A DNA stretch of 64,000 bases from Nageia nagi (taxonomy: Eukaryota > Plantae > Pinophyta). Shown here in pieces: positions 26,144 through 39,658 of the stretch. The position numbers and the translations under genes are program-made. The DNA lies in the NCBI GenBank assembly GCA_050084985.1, contig JBITNC010000002.1:4402001-4466000 (forward strand), written 5' to 3'. The notes beneath the pieces are model-generated. The model saw nothing but the letters and a program-made list of their open reading frames with translations, searched no databases and had not been told where the DNA came from. Numbering within the stretch: the first letter of the stretch is position 1; every line of letters starts with the position of its first letter.

Positions 26144-29142
26144 TGTTAGGAATTGAGCCTAATTTTTAGCTAACTCACTTATTTTCAAATCTCTATTTAA
26201 CAATTGGCATGCACATGGATGATTTGAAGAGCCAATTGTTAGGGAGGCAAATGATCAACAAAGTCATCCAAATCATCAACACTTTTTGAAATGATAACAT
26301 TAGATACAATCATTTAAATGATTAGGTTGCAGGAAAAAATAGGAAATTCAATTTACGTCAGTTACATTTGTTCCAAAGGTGGATGATCCATGTTTGAGAT
26401 CATTTTGATGATGGACAGCTACAACTCTAGAGATGCAAAAGTCTAATTTTAGGCTTAAAAAAATCACTCTTTATTTATTCAAAATTGATGGAGGATTTAT
26501 TGTATGGTTTTTCTTACTCTAGTTTAGGCTATAATTAAGCTTGTATGAATCTCTATAAATATTTTGTAAGATTCATTGTTACAAGTAGAAAAATGAAGGA
26601 ATTGAAGTGTAGAGTTTTTATATGAGTGAGAAAGAGAATAGAGATTGTTATAGTGAGGATTCTTTTGTAACAAAAAAACAATGTTGTTGTTGGTTGTATC
26701 TCTTCGTGGATTTGGACTAATTATAAAGAAAGGAATATATATTCTCTATGGACATAGCCCATATTGGGTGAACCATGTTACATGCTTGTTTATGCTATTA
26801 TGTGCTTATTTGCTTAATTATTCTTCTAGTTTTGGACTAAAGTAATTATTTAACTTTATTTTTATATTTTGAATCCTAACAATTGTTATGAAAGCTTTTG
26901 ATGAAGAGAAGTTTCGAGTGGAAAAGTTTATTGGTTAGAATTTTGAGTTTTGGAAGATGCAAATAAAGGACTATTTATACCAAAAGGATTTGTTCTTACC
27001 TATTGAGGAAGTAACAAAGAAACCATCAAGTACATCAGATGAGGATTGTGCTTTTATTGATAGAAAGGCATTAGGTACAATGAGGTTGTATATGGAAGTA
27101 ATAGTTGCCATCAATATCTCAAAGAGAAAGACCACGAAGGGTGTCATGCACAATTTGACCAAGATATATAAAAAATCCTAAACATCAAACAAGGTATTTT
27201 GCATGAAAAAGTTATTTAATATGCAAATATTTGAAGGAGGTTCTATTTCAAATCATTTAAATGAGTTCAATATTGTTACTAACTAGTTGCAATTAGTGAA
27301 GTTGGATTTTGATGATGAAGTAAGGGCCTTGTTGTTGTTGTTGTTGTGTTTATTATCAAGAAGATGAAATAGTTTGGTGATCATGGTAAGTAAATTTATT
27401 TTTAGTTATAATAATTTAGTGTTTGATAATGTGCTGGGCATCCTTATACTTAGTGAGGACATGCGAAGAAAGACCATGGTGAAACATCCAATTATGTTAT
27501 TGTACTACTTGTTGAGAACAAAGGAAGATAGAGGGAGAGAGTTGGACACCAAAATCAAGGAAGGGTAAAAGGAAAATCCAATAGAAAAGGAAACACTAAA
27601 TGTTGGTATTATGGGAAGAATGAATATATCAATAGGGATAATCAAGCTAGAAAGAAAGATGGATGCTTGAAATCAATGGGAATGAAGGTGATAATAATGA
27701 GGCCAACATGGATGGTGAGTTTATTAAGGATTCTTTGATATTAACTTTAGTTATTAAAAATGACTATTGGGTATTAAATTTGAGTAATTCTTTCCATGCA
27801 AATTCTTATAAGAGTTATTTTTTTGAGTATATTTTAGGAAATTTTCAACATGCTAAGTTGGGTAATGATGAGCCATGCAATATAGTTGGTATGGGGAATT
27901 TTAAGATCATGCTACCTAATGGAAATAAATGGGTTCTCAAGGAGGTGAGGCACATACCATATTTGAAAAGTAATCTCATTTTGACAAGCAAACTTGATGG
28001 TGAAGAATATATGATTGCATTCAAGAATAAGACTTAGAAGGTATCTAAGGGTTCCATGGTTGTTGCTAGAGGTGGCATGATTGGTATGCTATATTTTCTT
28101 ACTAAATTTTCTAACAATGCTATAGATTTAGCTCCTACAAGTGGTAATGAAATCAAGGAATATCACAATTTTAGGCTTAAATGTGAAGTAAATATTGATG
28201 AAAAGAAGAAGGTTGGAAAGGATGTTTTGAAAGGAAATATAAGGAATATTTAGATACCAAAGGTGCAAGGAGGCCTTTAACATTAGAAAACAAAAAATTC
28301 ACTAAGAGATGTTGAAACATATATAAGGATAAGTCAAGGCTTTCCCATAATTTCATATGTGTTTTGTATTAACAATGGTGAGTGTTTTGTATAAGAGAAA
28401 TATAAGGAGTGGGAGCTTGGGAGGAACAAGTTACCTATAGGTATGGATGATGTGTTTAACATTTTTGTATGTAGGTTGGAAACAAAGGAAAAATATTTGT
28501 ACAAGGAAATAATTGGAATAAAAGTATTTTCACAAGGTGATGGTATGACCTATAGAGTTGGAGGAATATCAAATTGAAGGAATAAAAGTGATTACTAAGG
28601 AAGAATTGGGGGTTTTTCCAATTTTGGTTGATCTTAGGGAGTAAGAGGCCAAGATGAGAATATATAGATCTAGGTTTTCAAGGTATTGTAGGAATTAGTC
28701 TGAAAGTGGAAGATTGTTAGGAATTGAGCTCAATTTTTGGTAAACTCACTTCTAGGTCTCTTTTTTATAGTCAACCTACATAGGGATAATTTATAGGGTT
28801 AGTCATTCGATAGGTGGACAATCAACACACACTCATTTAAATGATCAATATTCATTTAAATAATCACATTCGATACAATCATCTAAATGATTAGGTTGTA
28901 GTAAGAAATAAGTGGTTCAAGTTATTACAATTGCAATCATTTTTTAAAGGCATGATCCATTTTTGGGATCATTAGACAACTATTACTCCAAAGATGTAAA
29001 ATTCTAACTTTAGGCTTATAAACTTACTCTTCCTTTATTCTAATTTTAGGGGCCGATGTTGCCATTGATGGTGGATTTATTGCATGGCTCTTTTACTTCA
29101 ATTTGGTCTATAATTAATCATGTATGAATCTCTATAAATATG
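26144..29142 (+). mobile_element. Non-autonomous Ty1/Copia (Tnt1/Tork-like): gag and protease only, 3' LTR truncated
   Basis: 5' LTR 26144-26881 (TGTTAGGA...TCCTAACA) with a degenerate PBS. gag FRVEKFIG*NFEFWKMQIKDYLYQKDL; protease region ...VLKEVRHIPYLKSNLI; no INT/RT found. PPT AAGTGGAAGAT, then a 3' LTR from 28715 that is cut just after its TATA box. Confidence 0.88.
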
Positions 29143-30912
29143 TGTTGATCAGTATAATTTAACTTTAAGGTTTGGTATGATGTAGTTCTTCATTGCCTGT
29201 AACAGTAAGGTTCTTAAAAGTGCAAAAGATGGTAGGATAGTGCACTTGTGGGGGGTTTTCTCCTCAATATGCAAGTTATAGGATGATTCCTATCTATGGA
29301 AGAGATAAAAAGTAACTAGAAAGAGATAAAAGGTGGAAAATGATAGGAAAGAAACTGAAATCTAATATATAAAAGCAAGCTAAAACTAATTGTCTTAAGC
29401 ATTACCACACAGTAGTAATCCATTGCCAAGATTACGAATATAACAACTATCTCACTCTTAGGGCCTCACAATTGCAATACATATCCATAATTTAAAACTA
29501 AACTTCATACATAATAATCACAAAGCATGATAATAACCAAAAATTGTAGAGGGAAAAATATCAAAGTACTGCATTATCATATATGAAAGTAGAGCTTACA
29601 CTAGGCAACTTTGCTAAAATATCCAACCTTTTGGACCCCTAACAATCCATTATTTATAAGAATATATTAATAATGGGTGGTTGTCCACCATTATTTCCCT
29701 TAATTACCCTATTGACTAATAACATAAATAACAAATTATTTATAAATGTACGACTTCAATCTATACTTTTTCTATATTGCATGGTGATTTAGTACAATCA
29801 ATGCCAATGTATAGGAATCTGCAAACTTTAAATTTGTATATGTTCTTAGTTATAATCTCTCATATCTATCTTTGACTATATCATATTGCAATTGTAGCTT
29901 ATTATTTAGGTATGGTCCATCAGCTTGATTGGTATGGTTTATCCCTATGATCTATCATCATCTATCTAACTCTCTGCAACCACTTATGAAGATCACTATA
30001 GCTCTAAGTTGCAAAAATTATGAGGGTAATGAAAAATATAACATTAAAACCTAAGGAAGAATTGCTAATGCCATGTGGAAATGAGTCAAAGTTAACACAT
30101 TGATAGAGCCCTAGGGATCAAACACTCTTGGTTAAGTGGACCTGGGTGTTCCCCTTATCTCATAATTCTATTTTTAGCTTAGCGAGTCTTACTTGCTTTA
30201 ACAAGGTCTATTGGCTAATTAGGAGTTGCCTTATCATCTATTGAATTTTAGAAAAAGGTTGGACATAATTGCTCAAAATAGGTTGGGTCTATAGAATGAA
30301 CTCACTAAAACATCTCTTGCCACTTGATCCTTTGGTAAAACTTGCTAATTTTTGGTGTACAGAATAACTTTTTCTTTGGAAATCTATGGGCTCTAGATCA
30401 TTACTCATTGATTGATCCAAATCAATAATGAATCATATTTACGATACTACTTGGAAAAAGTACTCAGGTATATAGAACTTGAATTTTAAAGACTTGAAAT
30501 CCTATAATACCCGAACTTAGACTTAGACACTTACTTTCCTTACATGTTATATTACCTCCTAGACATGAATTAGAAAAAATAAAACTACCCTTTGACCTTA
30601 GACCTATATACAATTACTAGTGAAGATCCAACTATGTTGCAACAAACATATGGGACATATTTACAAAAAAATAATTACCTCTCAATAAAATGATGGTTTA
30701 AGTCATCACACAAATCAACTATGACCTATAAACATAAACAATACCACACTTTCCTAGAATTAACCAAATTTGACAAAAATGACTAAGTATAAAGACTATA
30801 CACTCATTACAACATTTACAAAAGAATGAAATGGGAGTAAGAAATGAGAATTAAAAAGCATGGATCTTATTGAGAAAGAATAAGTGAATTGAAGAATGAA
30901 GGAATAGGACCC

Positions 30913-33442
30913 TTATTGGCCACTTCCACTCGCTTGCCTAGTAGTGTCCTTTCTTGGGGCCTCTAGTGGTGGGATCAAGTCTATAGGAAGAACAAACTGA
31001 AGTTTCCTATATAGATCCTTTAAATCTTTATTATCTACTTGTGATAAAATATGGTAAGCTTGTAATTTGCATATATTTTCTTTGAAGCTCATCAACATGC
31101 TTTTCAATCTTTCACCATAAAAGAATCTCAATATTGCTTCTTAGGCCAAGTCACTTATTGCTTGCAGGTATGAAATTTATTTTTCAGAAAGTGATTGTTC
31201 CAAAAATAGTTTAGTATTCACCACCTATCAATCGATGCTACTCTATACATATGGTTTCTCCCATAATTTGGGAGCCTTTAATTTAACTAAAGAATGAAAG
31301 AATCTATTTATAAAGCCAATTTCTATTTTTACCTAATTTTTCTCCAAGTCTAGAACACACACTAAATCTTGCAAATCAAAAATGTCTTTGGTCCTTATAA
31401 AAATTATCTATTTGGGCCTTGAAGTTATTGTGGCTAGATCTCTTTTAGTTAAATATTTGAGCCAACTTTGCATCTCTTTAATTGTTGATCTGGGATTGAT
31501 AAGGCCAGTTTGTGGAGTGTGGCCTAAGAATTGTACTATTGTATAACTTGTTCTATTTGGTTCCTTAATAATTGTAACTAGGACATGCTAACCAATCTTT
31601 CTGCTATCTATTCCACTAGATTTTTTCTAAAATTTTTGAAAATTTCTCGTAATTTGATCTTGTCATCATTAAAAAATTCATGTTTTGCTATTATATTTTG
31701 TAATTCCTCTTTAGTTTTCTGATCCTTTTGTTTATCAATTACGTTGGCTTGACCCTTAAGGTCTTCAATCTATTTCTTCATATTCTCTAGTTCGACCTTA
31801 GCCTCTTGAAGGCTCTTTTCATGCTTAGACTTCTTCTTAGCTAGCTTTTTAATTAGTTCTTTATTTTGATTTTGTAGCCTGATTATCATTTTATCCTTTT
31901 GGGAGCTATCCTTTTTGTATTGGTCAATCCTTTTATTTAGCTTTTCTATTTTGTTCTCCATGGATTGGAGACTCTTACCAAATGCCAAGGAAGTGTTTAC
32001 AAAAATCCATATTAGTCTATAACTAAAGCACTTTTCATATTTACATTTATACAAGTCATGGGATTTGTTTCTAATTACCCTTCTTTGAGAGGCATTTGAG
32101 CAATTTTAATATCCCTTGTATTTATTACTTTACTCAAAATTCTCACTTATTACTCTGAGAGCATAGTGGTTTTATTCATAAATATTGCCCAATCAATGGG
32201 ATCTACTACTTGGATGGAAAAAATACTTCTTATTTCCTCTTGTAAGACTGTAGAATAAGGAATTAAAGATTGGTGGGGTGCACCTACTCCTGAAGTTGAT
32301 GTTGGAGTATTTTTGGTAGGCATCTATTTTGTTATCTCTGTAGTGGGTATTACATGTACCTCCTCTCCTTCTTCATCTATGGCAAGCTCTTTTTTAGGTG
32401 ACTTATCTTTTGAGCTGAAGTCTTTCTTTTTATTTAGATCATTATCATTATCACCATCTTTGTCCCCACCCATTGCACCTCTCATTGCTTTGGTACCACC
32501 CATGCCTAATATATTTCCTCCCCCTTATTGCACTTAATCCCTAGGATCATCTTATGCATTATGATATATGATCGTGTTAGTGCTTTGGGGTTTCTGAGCT
32601 TTAACATCCAACAACTCCTATCTCCCATGCTTTATTTAGGTTCTCCTTGGTGTATCAATAAGGATGGGAGTGAGCTTTATTGGATAACAGGTGGTTGCTG
32701 GGAAGGTTGATTTACTTTTAGGCCCTGTATTTGTTGAGCTAGTTCCTTTATTATCAATTTTATTATCCTTGATCTTTTAAGAGATGATTATTCAAGAGCT
32801 GTAGCTACTATCATTTTCTTTTCACTTACTACCCATAGAGATGGGGTTTGGGTGCTTTTTACCATAAATAGTTTGCTGATACATGCCTTTTGTTGATTCT
32901 TATTTCTCCTTCAAGGGTTATTGTTCTTTTAATGCTAGAGTAATTATTTTCCTCTTTGGAGAAGATTCCCCAAAAGTGGTAAATGTTTCAATTTTCTTTT
33001 TTTGAAGCTGTCATGATCTAGAGGCTTCTTCTATTCTCCTCTTTTTTTGATTTTGGAGCTCTTATAACTGCTATGCCAATGATTGATCATCTCCTGCAAC
33101 CTTCCCTTGAAAATGGGTTGGAAGTTATTTTCCTATATCCTACAATGGGTATTGCATGCATTGGGAATTCCAATACTGGTCATAAGCAAATTCACCAAAG
33201 CATTATTTTTCAACATGAGTTGCTTTGGTGGTGTATTCAAACTTGAATTTTGTGAAATATTCAATTTTTTTGGGACCCCAACCCAACTCATCCTGTAACT
33301 AGGTGATGACCTTCAAGTACAAGTCAAATTCCTATTGTCTGGTTTCCTAGACTCTATATTTCTTAACACCCTCAAGGGTCATCCATGCCTTGTCCAAAAT
33401 TCTTAATTCCCAGTCTGGGGATGCCTCATCCTCCTCTTCCAT
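30913..33442 (-). pseudogene. Degenerate ~840-codon accessory ORF with a coiled-coil segment
   Basis: Starts MEEEDEASPDWELRILDKAWMTL. Includes the heptad-rich 31770-32054 fragment and the C-terminal 30913-31131 fragment. Stops and frameshifts throughout. Confidence 0.6.
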
Positions 33443-33596
33443 TTGATTTGCAAAAATTTCTACATGGTGTTGGGATAAAATAAAAAGGAATATCTTCCAA
33501 AAAGAATATAAATCTTAAAAATAATTAAGTCATAATATAGATACTTTATATCCAAATTATCATACTAAAAGGATCATAACAATTATCATAAAGTGA

Positions 33597-33934
33597 TGGT
33601 TATTTTCCCAACCAACAAAGAGGGATATAGAAACCCTCCTCAAAAAGATATGTGAAAAATATGGACATAAAATAATAATTAAGGTTGGTAATGCAATATA
33701 TGATATTTTTAAAGAAATGATGCTTATTTCATTGAATATCATGTAGGTTAGGCATGCATTTTCATGTAGGTTAGGAATGCATTTTCATATAGGATAGGAA
33801 TGCATCTCATATAACGTATATGAAATTTTAATTACTTTATTGCACTAGTGATCTTATCTCCTTTATAGGTTAGGGGCATAATTAACCTTAACTTGTGATA
33901 TTTTACCCTTTATTGGTTGGGAGAAAAATTAACC
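33597..33934. repeat. GGTTRGG-core motif cluster: three 23-bp tandem units inside a ~30-bp inverted repeat pair
   Basis: TCATGTAGGTTAGGMATGCATTT x3 at about 33740-33810. TGGTTATTTTCCCAACCAACAAAG (33597) is inverted relative to CTTTATTGGTTGGGAGAAAAATTAACCA (ending near 33934). Confidence 0.75.
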
Positions 33935-35456
33935 ATCATGTTTTTATGTCTTCATATCTTTTTATCTACATGTCCTTATAGTCAAAGTCCTCAAGTTTGT
34001 CCAACTTGTCAAATATTATCAAAGGTCCTATTATGTGTAATCATTCATAAAAAAGTAAAATTTAGGACCACAAAGGTAAAGACTCAGTCATGTTAGGATC
34101 AAATTGGTATAATAGGCTTGTGGGGTGAATTTCAATAGGTTTTTTTTAAAGTATCCTAGCATTAACGCTAGGGTAATTGGTAAGAATAGTCAAATCTAAT
34201 TTGATATTTGGATAGAACTTAAAAAATTATGTAAATTCAAAAAAAGAGAATCACCTAAAAATTTCTTATGGTTCAAAAGATATGGTCATTTGATATTTTT
34301 AGGCATAAAAAGTGTGAAATAGGTGTATTTTGGTGCTTAAATCAATCATTTTTGTTTAGAGCATGATTGAGTTTGATGTTTTTTAGAGAAGTGTTCTTTA
34401 TTTTTTTGATGTAAAAAGAATCATGTTATTTTAGTATGTATAGAAAAATATATGCTTCTTACAAATTGATAATTTTGTAAAAATGATAGGTTTTGGAAGA
34501 ATGGGCTAGTCATGAACCAAGAGGGTCAAAAGTATAAAAAAAGAAATTAGAGGCAAAAATTTGAAGATAAGTATGTTATCAGGTTATTCAACATGTTATG
34601 ATTGTTATTTCTTACAATTGTATGCAATTTGAAGTTATTTTAAGCACATATGCAAAATTATAAAAAAATACATCACAAAATTATCAAGAAATTACAAGAA
34701 TATAAGTTTTTGTTTTGAGACTTTACAATTAGCAAAAATTAGGTATGTACATACATTTTTGAGGTAACAAACATGCTTATTTATGGTTTATTTCTTGAAA
34801 TTATGACTTTGCAATGATTCATAAATTGTTATACATATTGATGTTACCAAAATTATCATGAAAAAATTGCTAAGTTCAAAATGTCATATGTTTATTACGA
34901 AAGACATAATTTATGGATGCTAGTGAAGCAAAGTGTAAGGTGAAGAAGAGTGAGTTTTGCCCTATTTAGGGGTATCAATTGGAAGGAAATCTTGTAGCAG
35001 GTATGTTGAAGGAATTTCATAAGAAACCTTTGTTATATCTTATTATTCTTGACTTGAAATGGGAAAGAAGGAAAATTTGAGTGGAAATTGGAAAGATCCA
35101 TTGAAAAATCAAATCAAGAAGGAAACCCCTTCAAATTTCATATTTTGGTAATTGTTAAGAAAGCAAGTGTTGAATAAGGTCTTTCAAGAATCATCTATCC
35201 AATAACTTTATCTAACAAAATTATGGAAAATCATCAAATATTTTTAGTGGGGAAATTTTTGGTATCAAGCTAAATGTGGAATCTCTGAAGAAATGGGTAA
35301 GAATAGTAGATATTATCCCTTTTGCTTGTGATTTTTTAATGTTCAATTTTAATCAAGAAGAGAACCTTCAATGGGTTCTTTAGAATGGGCCCTAGTGGTT
35401 TGGAAAGAGTGGATTAGTAATCAAGAAGTGGTATAAAGGGTTTAAACCAAAAAATG

Positions 35457-38400
35457 TGATTCAAAATTTGATCATCTCATTTTAGAAAAATAATTATTAC
35501 ACATTTCAAAGCTTTTTGTTACGATCCTACTAGTTTGAATGATGAGAAAATCCAACTTCTGGATTGTCTTTTGTGAAGGTTTGAAGTTTGAATTTATTAT
35601 TGTATTTGTTATGAAAAAAATTACAAAAAAAAATACAATGTTAAAACATTAGAATTTTTTTTTAAAATATGGGTAGCATTTTAAAATGCAAAGGATGGTG
35701 GCATAATGGGTTAATGACCCCACCACCACATGAGCAAGTGAAGTACATGCAAGGGGATGAAAAATAGGAGAAGGTTGACATGGAATGGACAAGCCTAACC
35801 ATCAATTGCCAAAAGACCTCATGATGTTTTCCACCATGATGAACCCATCAAAGGGAAGTGCCATATGTAGGATTCCATCTAGTGAAGCCACTCGTCGTTG
35901 AAGTGCCAAGCCTTTTTTTGAAGTTGCCTATTTTTGGGGCTTAATTTGTTAAGTGAGATTGTAATATTTATTTTTAGATTTGGTTTTCTTTGTAATATTT
36001 TAAATAGGGTGTTGTTATTACCTAAACATAAGGGAGGGAGATTATACTTGTTTGTTGTTAGTTATTTTAGTTATTTGCAAAGATGATAAACAATATTATT
36101 GTAATATTGTTTATAAGTGTCAAGTATTTTTTGGAAATATATAAAATCCTATTTATTGGGAAGTTGAACTAATTTGTTGGAAGACCAAGTTGGGAAGAAA
36201 TTGGTTGATAGCCACAACTAATTTGAACTCAACGTGGAATAATTCCAAATGGTTTGTTTGGGTTAAATTGTAAGCGAGCTTCCTTAACATTATAAAAGGA
36301 AGACTAGTATGTTTTATTTTTTTTAGTTAGAAGTTTTGGCTAGTATATAGGATAAGGGTGAGTGGGAAAATAAACTAAGTGTTTTAAAGTGAGAGGGGTA
36401 AAGGATTGATTCAAGCTCCATAAAATAAAGAGAAAAAATTGGTAAATCTCTTGTGGTGTTTTTATTTATTCTTGCATAAATATTTTGCTTTTACACTTAG
36501 AAAGTAATTCTCTTTTCTTGTGAGATAAAGTGGAAACAATATTTTAAATAATCTATATGTGGTGAGATAGGGAATCACCATAATAAAACTATATTTATGA
36601 ATCATTTAGGTATCAGAGCATTTTTTATTATGGGTATTTATTAAATCTATCTTCACAAGGCTTTGTTCAGTTGTAAGTGTTTTGCATGAATACTAGATCC
36701 CAAAGCAAAAGAGGTGAAGGAGATATTATTGAAGAGGATATTAAGATTGGATTGAGAATCTGGTTGAAGTAAAAAAGAGAAGATAGAATGGAAAAAATGA
36801 ATCCAAGTACTATGCAAGAAGATTTTTCAAAAAGACTCAAGATGATCGAGGAGACATTGAGTAACCTAGTTGATACTATTACGAATTTGTAAAAGAATCA
36901 AGATGATGGAGCTAAAGGAAAAGAGGATACAATCAGAGAGAGTTCTTAAATCAAGAAAATATTTCCCTTGAATCTGGAGGTGAAATTCAAGCTCAAAACA
37001 TTTGGAGGAGAGATGGATCCTGAAAAGCTTAACCAATGGTTTAAGCAAATGGAGGCTTATTTTTGAGTCTAGAAGATTGAGAGTGATGTAGATAAAATTG
37101 AAATAGCTACACTAAAGTAAATAAGAAAGAGAATAAATTTGTTGCATCCTCTATAAAGGAAAATATAAATTTACTACATCCTCTATAAAGAAGAGAATAA
37201 GAAAAAGAAAAGACATTATTCTCACTACGATAAAGATGGTTATGTTAAAGAAGGGTGTTGAAAGCTGTATCCCGAATGTGCACCAAGGTGGTTTGATCAA
37301 GGGAGAGATAAATAAAATACCAATGCTACATTTTCAAAAAAACTTGAATAATTTTATGAGATCAAAGATTCTTCTATTGTTGATGAGAAGTTGCCTTGTG
37401 TAGGATTGAAGCTTCCAAGTGTTGTGAGTATCGAGGGAGTATACATGCACATGCAAAATGAAGAAATAAGGCAAAATTTGCCAGTTATGTAATATGAAAA
37501 AATGGCAATACCATAGCCATATCCATTTGGAAATAATTTTGACATGGACCAAATTTTGGGTTTATGCCATGGTGCCCATGGATGTTAAAACACAACAAGT
37601 TCATGGAGGCCAATTTGGTAAGGAGCCATGATGAGGAATGAGGTTCCTCAATTTTAACATAGTGTATAAGATTTTAGAGACCAAAATCCCTTTTAGTGGG
37701 GAGGAGTGATTCAAAATTTGATCATCTCATTTCAACAAAATAAGTATTCCACATTTCAAAGCTTTTTGTTATGATCTCGTTAGTTTGAACAGCGAGAAAA
37801 TCTGACCCTCAGATTATCTTTTGTGAAGATTTAAAGTTTGAATTTATTATTGTATTTGTTATTATAAAAATTAGAAAAAAAACACAATGTTAAAATATTA
37901 GAAAAATTAAAAAAAAATTGGGTAGTATTTTAAAATACAAAGGAGGTGGCATAGTGGGTCAATGACCCCACCACCACATCAGCAGGTGAAGTGCATGCAA
38001 GGGGATAGAAAATAAGACAAGGCCAATGTGGAATGGGTAGGACTAAATATTTACCACAAAAAGACCTTGATATGAACCTGTTGAAGGGAAGCACCACATG
38101 TAGGTTTATGTCTAGTGAAGTCGCTCATCGTTGAAGTGCAAGGTGGTAAGCCTTTTTGTGAAACCGCCTATTTTTGGGGCTTAATTTGTTAAGTGAGATT
38201 GTAATATTTATTTTAGATTTGGTTTTATTTGGAATATTTTAAATAGGGTGTTTTTATTACCTAAAAATAAGGGAGGGAGATAATACATAATTTTTATTAG
38301 TTATTATGTTATTTGCAAAGATGAAAAACAATATTATTGTAATATTGTTTGTAAGTGTCAGGTATTTTTTGGAAATAGATAAAATCCTATTTGTTGGGAA

Positions 38401-38835
38401 GTTAAGCTAATTTAGTGGAGGATAAAGTTGTGGAGAAATTGGTTTATGGCCACAACTAATTTCAACTCAACATGGAATAATGCCAAATAGTTTGTTTGGG
38501 TTAAATTGTAAGCTAGCTTCCTTAACATTATAAAAGGAAGACTAGTATGTTTTATTTGTTTTAGTGTTGGCTAGTCTATGGGAGAAGGGTGAGTGGGAAA
38601 ATATACTAAGTGATGTAAAGTGAGAGGGATCAAGGATTGATTCAAGCTCCACAAAATAAAGAGGCAAAATTGGTAAATCTCTTGTGGTGTTTTTATTTAT
38701 TCTTGAACAAATATTTTGCTTTTACACTTAAAAAGTAATTCTCTTTTCTTGTGAGATAAAGTGGCAAAAATATTTTAAATAATTTATATGTGGTGAGATA
38801 GGGAATTGTCATAGGTGAACTATCTTTATGGATCA
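35457..38835 (+). mobile_element. Non-autonomous CRM-like LTR element (gag remnant only) inserted in LINE ORF1
   Basis: LTRs 35457-36604 and 37707-38835 (TGATTCA...TGRATCA). PBS GGTATCAGAGC at about 36609-36619; PPT GGGGAGGAG before 37707. Perfect TSD AAATG (35452-35456, 38836-38840). The 1.1-kb interior carries gag FGGEMDPEKLNQW. Confidence 0.95.
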
Positions 38836-39352
38836 AAATGAGAACTTCAATGTAGTCCTGATGTGGGTGAATTTATCAAAGTTACTAATGGATTTTTGGT
38901 GTATAGAAGGAATTGAAGTTGTTGTAAAGACTATAGTAAATCTCATTTATATTGATAATCATATGAAGATGGGTACAAAAAGGAATGCAACTAGATTTTT
39001 CATAAATTTGGATGTTACAATGCAACTTCAAAGAAAAATTATTCTAATAAATGATGACTATGAATGGATTTATGACATTGAATATGAGTTATTACCTATT
39101 TCTTGTGATTCTTGTAAGATGATTGGACATCTTTTTAGACATTGCACAAATAAGCCAATATTATATAGAGCAAATGAAGGTAATCCTAAATTCCTTGACC
39201 AAATAAAGATTAAATAAGGTAAAAATCAAATGCCTATCAATAAGGTTTGGAAGCTAGTATTGCAAAATCAAAATACTCATACTAATACTCAAAATGCATT
39301 CCAACATCTGCTAGATTTGAATATAGCTGAATCATCCGATAATACAATAGGG

Positions 39353-39658
39353 GATAAGTTTGCACTTGAAACACAAATGTTGGATGCAAAAATAGTGATA
39401 AATCACGAGTTAAAAGATGAAAAAAAGAAAGAGGATGTAGTTAATGAAATGCTAAATATCAATAATATGGATATATCTATAGAAGACATAAGTACTTAGA
39501 ATCAAGATAAGTTTGCACTTCAAACAAAAATGTTGGATGCAAAAATAGTGATAAATCATGAGTTAAAAGATGAAAAAAAGAAAGAGGGTGTAGTTAATGA
39601 AATGCTAAATATCAATAATATGGATATATATATAGAATACATAAGTACTTAGAATCAG
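39353..39658 (+). repeat. 153-bp tandem duplication within LINE ORF1
   Basis: Copies start GATAAGTTTGCACTT at 39353 and 39506 and are highly similar. Confidence 0.93.

Larger units (their letters stand above)
29143..33960 (-). mobile_element. 3' portion of a Tat/Athila-like Gypsy element (LTR about 29143-30665 plus a long accessory ORF)
   Basis: Begins TGTTGATC exactly where the Copia LTR breaks. Minus-strand TATA near 29655; candidate LTR end GGGACATATTTACA at 30665. No pol seen. The right boundary is uncertain. Confidence 0.55.
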
